This document shows positions 1 to 6,595 of a stretch of 25,250 nt of DNA, one piece after another. This DNA comes from Candidatus Xenobia bacterium (GTDB taxonomy: Bacteria; Vulcanimicrobiota; Xenobia; Xenobiales; QWHO01), in assembly GCA_045863235.1 (NCBI GenBank), contig BTUM01000104.1, positions 1 through 25,250 on the forward strand. The letters run 5' to 3'. The translations under genes and the position numbers were made by a program. Positions within the stretch are counted from its first letter, which is position 1. Each line of letters starts with the position of its first letter. The notes beneath the pieces were generated by a model. That model was given only the letters and a program-made list of their open reading frames with translations. It was not told the origin of the DNA and made no database searches.

Positions 1-253
1 TACCACGGAGCGACGGACCGAGACGGGGCGAACTGGCGTTTGCCTGGAAGTTTTTTCGAGCACGGGCCTCGAGGGCGGTGCGCGCACGCTCACAACGGGG
101 TCCACCGGACCTTACCCCGAGATTCCCAGCCAGGAGGTCGACTTTACCGCCTCGGTCGCTTTCTCCGCTCCGGTAAGAACCCGGTGCAGGTCCCTTCCGA
201 CATCGAGACGGCCGCCCCTTCTTCGAGCAGCTTGGCCCAGAGCCGAACGGGCG

Positions 254-1528
254 TCAGGCTTTCTTCCTGACCCGGATGCCGCCCACGACCACCGAGTCCG
301 AGCGCTCGGCCACCACCTGGGTTCGAGGCGGGGGCAGCTTGTCCGGATCGGGCAGCTGGTAGAGGTCGATCGAGTCCTTCATGGTGACCATGACGCGGCC
401 GCTCGGGTCGAGCCAGGGCGGGCTGGCCCCCTTCGGAAGCTCGGCCCAGTACATCACCTCGCCCGTGTCGGGGTGGAGACGCTCGAGGCGGTTATCCTTC
501 AGGCTCAGGAGACCTCTCGGAGTGGAGCGGATCGAGTGGCTGTCACTGGCCACCGCCCACCGGAGCTGGCCCTCGGGGGTCAGGCACACCAGTCGCCCGA
601 AGTTCGGCACGATCAGGTCGCCCCGCTCGGTCAGGTGCATCCCGTACTGGTTGCGCTCGCCCTCGATGGGCTGCTCCCAGCGCGTTGCCCCGGTAGCCGG
701 ATCCAGTCCCTGGATGGAGTTCTCGGTGCTGAGATAGAGCACCGACTCGTCCGCCGCGAGCATCGTCTCACCCAGCTTCTTGTCGAACGTCCGGGTCCAG
801 CGCGGCTCGAACTTACCGTCCTTCACGGTCACCCCGTGCACCGACTTGTCGTCCACGTAGGTGGCCTCGGCCCGCGCGTTGGCGCGCAGAGAGCGGCCGT
901 AGCTCTTGAACTCGATGCTGTCGGAGACCTGGCCGGTGGTGTCGTCCACGCAGATCAGCCTGCCGCTGGCCTTGAGGATGTGCGTTCCCGGGGCCACCTC
1001 GATCGGGTTGTCGAACACGGCTCCCGGTTGACGCCACAGGATCTCCCCGGTTTCAGGCGAGATGGCGATGTGATAGTGCTTCTTGTTCGTCCACGATTCC
1101 GAGGACAAGAGCGTGATTTTGGACGAGCCGTACGACAGGTGGTGGCCCTGGTTGGGCATCTTGAAACCCCACTCGAGCTTGCCCTGGCCGTCCAGTCCGG
1201 CCACGCGCCCGTCGTCGAACTGAACCACGGTGATCCGCTCGCCTGGGAAGACGTTGCTGGGCCGGGGGCCGGGCGGGAGGTCCTTCTCCCACTCCTTCTT
1301 GCCGGTGGCCATGTTGAACCGGATCATCTTGTCGGGCCGGTACAGCACCATGGCGCCGTTGGTCGAGCACTGCCTGAAATGGTCGACGTCCGGCTTCTCG
1401 GCACTCCAGACCCGGTCGGGCGCGACGGCCTCGGCCCGAGCGAAAAGCGTGTTGCGGGCCTCGTCGAAGGAAACGGAAGCCTGGGGAGGCGTCCCTGAGA
1501 ACCGCGCTCCTGGAGTTGAAATGATCAT
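254..1528 (-). CDS. PQQ-binding-like beta-propeller repeat protein (BamB-like repeats), no signal peptide
   Basis: Recurrent propeller-blade motifs: ATGKKEWEK, GQGKLEWGF, PETGEILWRQ, DPATGATRWEQ, TPEGQLRWAV, HPDTGEVMYW. I place the start at ATG 1528 (MIISTPG), preceded by GGGAGGGAC and a TATGCT hexamer. The ORF track start is 1570. Confidence 0.8.
   Translation of the reverse strand: MIISTPGARFSGTPPQASVSFDEARNTLFARAEAVAPDRVWSAEKPDVDHFRQCSTNGAMVLYRPDKMIRFNMATGKKEWEKDLPPGPRPSNVFPGERITVVQFDDGRVAGLDGQGKLEWGFKMPNQGHHLSYGSSKITLLSSESWTNKKHYHIAISPETGEILWRQPGAVFDNPIEVAPGTHILKASGRLICVDDTTGQVSDSIEFKSYGRSLRANARAEATYVDDKSVHGVTVKDGKFEPRWTRTFDKKLGETMLAADESVLYLSTENSIQGLDPATGATRWEQPIEGERNQYGMHLTERGDLIVPNFGRLVCLTPEGQLRWAVASDSHSIRSTPRGLLSLKDNRLERLHPDTGEVMYWAELPKGASPPWLDPSGRVMVTMKDSIDLYQLPDPDKLPPPRTQVVAERSDSVVVGGIRVRKKA
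257..292 (-). other. C-terminal motif VVVGGIRVRKKA (candidate sorting/export tag, copy 1)
   Basis: Last 12 codons of the propeller protein, after a Pro-rich linker (LPDPDKLPPPR). Matches the C-terminal motif at 9128-9160. Confidence 0.6.
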
Positions 1529-1759
1529 GTCCCTCCCAGCATACCCGAGCGGGCTGAAAGGAACATGCACCTCGACCGGGACTTCGATGAACCCCTTCCA
1601 GGGATTTCAAACGGTGCGGGTGGCCATCCGGACGGCTGCGAGGTCTGGTTCGTTAGCGTCCATTCCGGGCCTGCGGACCCGACGTCTCGGGTTGATCACC
1701 TTCCGAGCCTTCTTCGGGCGGCTTGAGGAAAACCTGGCGCGCTTTGCGACAGGGGGAAG

Positions 1760-4700
1760 ATGAAACGCGCCTGCCTTCTGCTCATGCTTTGCGCCCTCGG
1801 CTGCCAGCAGCCCACCGTCACGCCCCCTTCGGAGAGGAACCGTGCCGTCCAGGAGACCGCTCCCCGCGCCGTGCTCCGGCCGGTCGCGCGCGAGGTGGCG
1901 CCCCTCAGCCTGACGGCCTCGGACGGCACGGGCCTGAAGCTGAGGGCGCTGGAGGCGCGCACGGTCATCCAGGGACCACTGGCCTTCACGGAGCTGCACA
2001 TGACGTTCGTCAATCCCGAGAACCGCGTGCTCGAGGGGCGCTTCAACGTGACGCTCCCGCCGGGCGCGGCCGTCAGCCGTCTGGCGATGCGGCTCGAGAA
2101 GGGCTGGCAGGAGGCGGAGGTGGTGGAGCTGCAGGCGGCCCGCCAGGCCTACGAGGATTTCCTCCACCGGCGTCAGGACCCGGCGCTGCTCGAGAAGCAG
2201 GCGGGCAACGAGTTCCAGGCGCGCATCTTCCCGATCCCGGCGCACGGGCAGAAAGAGATCATCGTGTCCTACTCGCAGGAGCTGCTCGGGAATCAGCCCT
2301 ACGTGCTGCCGCTGGCCGGCCTCCCGCGTATGGACCGGCTGAACGTGACGGCCCACGTGGGCGTCGCCAAGCCCGACAAGCTGACGCTGGGCCGCGACAA
2401 CGAAGCCCCCGCGGGCGACTACGTGGTGGAGCAGGGGACTTCTCCGGACGGGCTGACCTACGGAAAGCTGGCCCTGGTGAAGGTGCGCCCCGAGGTGCCC
2501 CCCGCCCCGATCGCGATGACGGGCCTGATGGTGCTGTTCGACACCAGCGCTTCCCGAGCGGCGGGCTACGAGAAGCAGATCGAGCTGCTGGGCAAGCTGC
2601 TGGCGGACCTCGGGAAGCGCTACGGGGACACGATGCCGGTGCAGGTCGTCTGCTTCGATCAAGAACTCCAGTCGGTCTACACCGGCCCCCTGCGCGACTT
2701 CTCCCCCGCGCCGCTGCGCGCCCGTCGCCCGCTGGGAGCGACCGATCTGGCCAGCGCGCTGAAGTGGGCGGGGGAGAACTCGCAGGGCTATCCGCGCCTG
2801 GTGGTGATGACGGACGGTATCTCGACCGCCGGCCTGGAGAAGCTGACAGCACCGGGCTTCGAGCGCGTGGACGCGGTGCTGGTCGGGGGCATCCGCGAGG
2901 CCTCCGGGTTGGCGACTCTTGGCGGCGTGGTGCTGGACGGCGACCAGCCCCTCGAGGAGGTCGCCCGCCGGCTCAGCCAGGCCGTGGAGTCGGAGGTTCC
3001 GGTCGAGGTGGAGGGCGCCCTCTGGCGCTGGCCGGAGAAGCTCGACAACGTGCAGCCAGGCGACGAGCGACTGGTCTATTGCGAGCTCAAGGACCCCGCA
3101 CATTCCGTGCGCGTGCGGGTGGGGTCGCGCTCGACCGAGGTGGCCCTGGCGCAGGCCCCGGCGCCGCTTTTGGAGCGCTCGCTGGCGGCTGCGCAGATTG
3201 CGCGGCTGGTGAAGCGGCTGGGGGAGGCTGCCGATGACAAGTCGCGGGAAAGCTTGCGGAACGACATCGTGCAGCTATCGTGCTCTCGTCGCGTGGTGTG
3301 CGACCTGACGGGCCTGCTGGTGCTGGAGACGGAGGCGGACTACGTGCGCTTCAAGATCGACCGCAAGGCGCTGGCCGACGTGCTCACGGTGGGCGACGAG
3401 GGGCTCGAACTGAGGAACCGCGGCGAGGTGGTTGTGCCCGACCGGGTGGCCGTGAAGGAGAAGAAGCAAGAGATGGCGCTCCGGGACGACGGCCAGGGCT
3501 TCGAGACGGACAATCGCCTGGGCGACGGCAATGTCGACCTCACGGCCTCGCCGGCGCTTCCGGGGCGCCCGGCGGTCGCGCGGCCGGGGAGCACGGCGGC
3601 GAACGAATCGAGTTCGGTCGCGTTGAACTGGGACATAGGCGACGGTGATTCCGGAATCTACGTCGCCGGTGAGTACCTCCACGCAGACAACTCCGTCTCG
3701 AGCACGGACTCACCCGCGCGCCTCCCTGCGGCCGCACCCCGCCCGCAGCCACGGAGCGTGAGCAACGAGCTGTCGCGGGAGGAGCCCTGGGACTCCAAGA
3801 ACAGCGCCCCGCCCTACACCGGCAAGATGGAAAAGATCATGCAGCTGATCGCCAGGGGCGAGAAGGAGAAGGCCCTGCAGGACGCCATCGCCTGGCAGTC
3901 CGCCGAGCCTGGCGACGTCGTGGCCCTGATGGCCCTGGGCGAGGCCCTGGAGGCCCTGGGTCGCAAGGACGAGGCCGCGCGCGTCTACGGCTCCCTGATC
4001 GACCTCTACCCGGGCCGCGCCGACCTGCGCCGCTACGCCGGCAACCGCCTGGACCGCCTGAAGGCCGACGCCCTGGCGCTCGACACCTACGAGAAGGCCG
4101 CCGCCCAGCGCCCCGACCACCCCTCGAGCCACCGCCTGCTCGCCTACGCGCGCCTGCGCCAGAAGGATTCCAGGGGCGCCTTCGAGGCCGTGGAGGCCGG
4201 TCTGGCCCGGAGCTACCCGGGCGGCCGTTTCGCCGCCTACGACCGCATCCTGAAGGAAGACCTGGGAATCCTGGGCGCCGCCTGGATCGCCCACGACCCG
4301 AAGGTGAAAGCCGACGTGCTGGAGCGCCTGAAGAAGTCCGGCGCCAGGCTGGCCGAGAAGCCCTCCACGCGCTGCGTGCTGACCTGGGAGACCGACGCCA
4401 ACGACGTAGACTTCCACATCCAGGACGCGAAAGGCGGCCACGCCTGGTACAGCAACCTGAATCTGCCCTCCGGCGGCGAGCTCTTCGCCGACGTCACCAC
4501 CGGCTATGGCCCCGAGTGCTTCGCCATTCCAGGAGTGCCCTCAGCCGCCCCATACCGCCTGCAAGCCCACTACTACTCCCGCGGCCCGATGGGCTACGGC
4601 ATGGGCAAGCTCGAGATCGTCAAGCACGACGGCAAGGGCGGGCTGACCTTCGAGCAACGCCCGTTCCTGGTGATGAACGACCAGGCTTACGTGGATTTGG

Positions 4701-4792
4701 GGACACTAACGCGCTATCCTGCTGATGCAGAACCGGCTGTGGTGTCGAAGCAGAGCTCCGCCACCACAGGGGGTTTGCGGCCGGACTTCTAG
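1760..4792 (+). CDS. VIT-domain lipoprotein: VIT + vWA-like + TPR + C-terminal DUF2135/YfaP-like domain
   Basis: Lipobox LCALG-C after MKR and a hydrophobic stretch. VIT motifs (AFTELHMTFVNPENRVLEGRF...LPPGAAVSRLAM, RQDPALLE, FQARIFPIP). MIDAS-like FDTSAS and VMTDG. TPR-like helices. DUF2135-like LTWETDANDVDFHI and DVTTGYGPE. Purine-rich GGGGGAAG directly upstream. Confidence 0.85.
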   Translation: MKRACLLLMLCALGCQQPTVTPPSERNRAVQETAPRAVLRPVAREVAPLSLTASDGTGLKLRALEARTVIQGPLAFTELHMTFVNPENRVLEGRFNVTLPPGAAVSRLAMRLEKGWQEAEVVELQAARQAYEDFLHRRQDPALLEKQAGNEFQARIFPIPAHGQKEIIVSYSQELLGNQPYVLPLAGLPRMDRLNVTAHVGVAKPDKLTLGRDNEAPAGDYVVEQGTSPDGLTYGKLALVKVRPEVPPAPIAMTGLMVLFDTSASRAAGYEKQIELLGKLLADLGKRYGDTMPVQVVCFDQELQSVYTGPLRDFSPAPLRARRPLGATDLASALKWAGENSQGYPRLVVMTDGISTAGLEKLTAPGFERVDAVLVGGIREASGLATLGGVVLDGDQPLEEVARRLSQAVESEVPVEVEGALWRWPEKLDNVQPGDERLVYCELKDPAHSVRVRVGSRSTEVALAQAPAPLLERSLAAAQIARLVKRLGEAADDKSRESLRNDIVQLSCSRRVVCDLTGLLVLETEADYVRFKIDRKALADVLTVGDEGLELRNRGEVVVPDRVAVKEKKQEMALRDDGQGFETDNRLGDGNVDLTASPALPGRPAVARPGSTAANESSSVALNWDIGDGDSGIYVAGEYLHADNSVSSTDSPARLPAAAPRPQPRSVSNELSREEPWDSKNSAPPYTGKMEKIMQLIARGEKEKALQDAIAWQSAEPGDVVALMALGEALEALGRKDEAARVYGSLIDLYPGRADLRRYAGNRLDRLKADALALDTYEKAAAQRPDHPSSHRLLAYARLRQKDSRGAFEAVEAGLARSYPGGRFAAYDRILKEDLGILGAAWIAHDPKVKADVLERLKKSGARLAEKPSTRCVLTWETDANDVDFHIQDAKGGHAWYSNLNLPSGGELFADVTTGYGPECFAIPGVPSAAPYRLQAHYYSRGPMGYGMGKLEIVKHDGKGGLTFEQRPFLVMNDQAYVDLGTLTRYPADAEPAVVSKQSSATTGGLRPDF
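4738..4792. repeat. Partial copy of the palindromic repeat at 15096-15180, overlapping the VIT gene stop codon
   Basis: 4756-4792 CTCCGCCACCACA-GGGGGTTTGCGGCCGGACTTCTAG versus 15142-15179 CTCCGACACCACATGGGGGTTTGCGGCCGGACTTCTAG (one mismatch, one indel). Inner stem TGTGGTGTCGAAG / CTCCGCCACCACA. Confidence 0.85.
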
Positions 4793-4799
4793 ACTCTAG

Positions 4800-5074
4800 T
4801 TGCGGGTTGACGATCCAGGGAGTCCCGAGCTGCCTCGCAAGGTTCATGACCTGTGGCTCCAGGTCGTGCGCTGCTATCAGAAAGCCAGCCCTTCGCCTGG
4901 CCGATCGCCCGGCGCCGCTGGACCTTCCAACGCGCAGTTCGACCTGCTGGCCGGCCCCGAGGAAGGGATGACCCAGGAGCAGCAGGGCTAGCGCCTGCTG
5001 GTCACCAGGGGCAATGTCTCCGGGATGCTCTAGAGTCCGCCCTCAACCGGCTGGCCGACGCCCTGCGGGCGTAG
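4800..5074 (+). pseudogene. MarR-family transcriptional regulator pseudogene
   Basis: Reads HDLWLQVVRCYQK...SNAQFDLLAGPEEGMTQEQQG*RLLVTRGNVSGML*, a MarR helix-turn-helix broken by TAG 4989-4991 and TAG 5031-5033. The final helix LESALNRLADALRA* is in another frame, and the wing region is missing. Confidence 0.75.
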
Positions 5075-5109
5075 GAGGTTGACGGCGGGCCGTCCCAAGC
5101 TTCAAACGG

Positions 5110-5694
5110 TCAAGACCCCCCGGCGGCCAGCCCCTCCAGCCACTCCCGCACGTTTCGGGTCCAGTCGGCATCATCGCCCGGCAACGACAGCCGGCTGGCC
5201 ACCTCTGACGCTTTCAGTGGGAGAAAGGAGCTTCGGTCAGACCTCACATAGGTGCCGCCCTGCAGCAAGAAAATTGCCAGCTGCCTCAGGTCGTAGCGCC
5301 AGACCTCCCGAATTCCCAAAGCCCCGAAAATCGACAGTTTGTCGAGGGCGGATCGGGTAACTTCGACCTCCACGACCAGGTCAGGCTCGTTAAGGCCTTG
5401 AAACGAGTAGGACGAGTCCGGCTCGGCTCCCTTCTGCAATTCGACGCGCTTTTGCGTGGCCGAGCCCAGCAAGCGAACTCCAATACCGAAATAGACGCAG
5501 GCACTCAGAACGATCTCCTTGATTCGTTCAGCGGCGTTCTCGTGCTCGGGCGAAGGGCTCATGATCTCCAAGACTCCACTGTCGTAAGTCAAGCGAGGGG
5601 CGCTCTGGTCCCCATGATCGGCCAGAATCCTCTCGTAAGTATCCCAACTGCACGAGGGAAACACGATTCGTTGCTCGGGCTCAAGTTCCAGCAC
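5110..5694 (-). CDS. Uma2 (DUF820) family PD-(D/E)XK putative endonuclease
   Basis: SWDTYERIL...RLTYDSGVLEIMSPSPEHE, GAEPDSSY, PDLVVEVE, DKLSIFGALGIREVWRYD. GTG start. Confidence 0.9.
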   Translation of the reverse strand: MLELEPEQRIVFPSCSWDTYERILADHGDQSAPRLTYDSGVLEIMSPSPEHENAAERIKEIVLSACVYFGIGVRLLGSATQKRVELQKGAEPDSSYSFQGLNEPDLVVEVEVTRSALDKLSIFGALGIREVWRYDLRQLAIFLLQGGTYVRSDRSSFLPLKASEVASRLSLPGDDADWTRNVREWLEGLAAGGS

Positions 5695-5991
5695 CTTGAT
5701 TCTATTCGCCGAAGAAGGCGGTCTCGCCCTCCGGCCCCCGATTGAAGCCAGCTCTCGGCAGCTCCGGCCAACAAGTGATCGCGTGCTTCGTGGGCTTCAG
5801 CCCGAACGCTTGGCCGCGCGCCCCGGCGCCGATACCGCGGCACAGCCAACAAACCCGGCTGTCCCGATCACGGATGAAGGTTCCCAGGGCTCGTCCCTTT
5901 GCGAAACCTGGCCACCATGAAGCGAATCGGGTCGGCGAGAGCGACTCGAGGCCTGGCGGGGTTCTTTCGGAAGGCCAAGAACTCTTGCCGC

Positions 5992-6525
5992 ATGGAGTAT
6001 GGCGGCCGGAGCGTCAGCTACTGGGAGCGCATGCTGGCCTGGCCTCGCGCATCCGTGAGTCGATTTGCGGTGCGCGCGCTCTCGGCGCTGGGTCGCCCGG
6101 GAGCTGAGGCTCTGGTGCGCTCGGCCCGACCCACGCCCGAGGCGGCCTGGGCGCTTTGCCGGACCGAGCAAACGGACCTGATCGCGGCCTGTCCCCTGGC
6201 CCGCCTGATGACCTCTCCCGGGACGGGGCCAGACCCGGTTCGTCGTTTGCGCCAGTCCAGACGCCTGCTGCCCGCCTTCTTCTGGGCAGCCCAGTTGGAG
6301 GAGCGCGACACCTCCGCCCTGGTGGATATCCTGCGCCACGCCGGCACCTCGGCGGTTGTGCAAGCCGCGGCCTGGGCTCTGGGGCGAATCGGCCGCCTGG
6401 TCCTGCCCGAGTGCGCCGACGCCTGCCGACAGGCGGCCGCGTCCACGCGCAGGCGGCTTTGCCGCCTCTTCGCCACGGCACTCTCCAAAGCACGGCGATC
6501 GGCGGGCACTGATACCTTCCCTTGA
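5992..6525 (+). CDS. HEAT/PBS-lyase-repeat-like hypothetical protein
   Basis: Helical repeat motifs VSRFAVRALSALGRPGAEAL and VVQAAAWALGRIG. Start placed at ATG 5992 (MEYGGRSVSYW); the ORF is open from 5899. Confidence 0.5.
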   Translation: MEYGGRSVSYWERMLAWPRASVSRFAVRALSALGRPGAEALVRSARPTPEAAWALCRTEQTDLIAACPLARLMTSPGTGPDPVRRLRQSRRLLPAFFWAAQLEERDTSALVDILRHAGTSAVVQAAAWALGRIGRLVLPECADACRQAAASTRRRLCRLFATALSKARRSAGTDTFP

Positions 6526-6595
6526 TCCTGAGATCGAGTTCGACCCGTTCACACGATTTGAGATCCGCGCCAGCTCTCCGGGCCATGCTGCCTCC

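Noticed and set aside
1..253. Possible CDS end or the small ORF 40-270
   Set aside because: No frame gives a recognisable protein or convincing codon bias. It cannot be resolved without upstream sequence.
1607..3237. Long alternative ORFs such as 1607-3103 (-) and 1723-3237 (+), and likewise 15312-16901, 18764-20815 and 20845-22227
   Set aside because: They are shadow frames over well-supported genes, as expected in high-GC DNA, and have no recognisable motifs.
4989..5033. TAG recoding or readthrough in the MarR-like sequence
   Set aside because: TAG ends intact genes here (e.g. 15033-15035), and the region also has frameshifts and a deletion, so decay explains it better.
1606..5110. Shared 10-mer TTCAAACGGT at 1606 and 5101
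   Set aside because: Too short, the flanks do not align and the contexts differ, so it is consistent with chance.
5110..5694. Uma2 gene as a defence system or mobile element
   Set aside because: Uma2/DUF820 genes are commonly scattered singletons, and no partner methylase, antitoxin or terminal repeats are visible.
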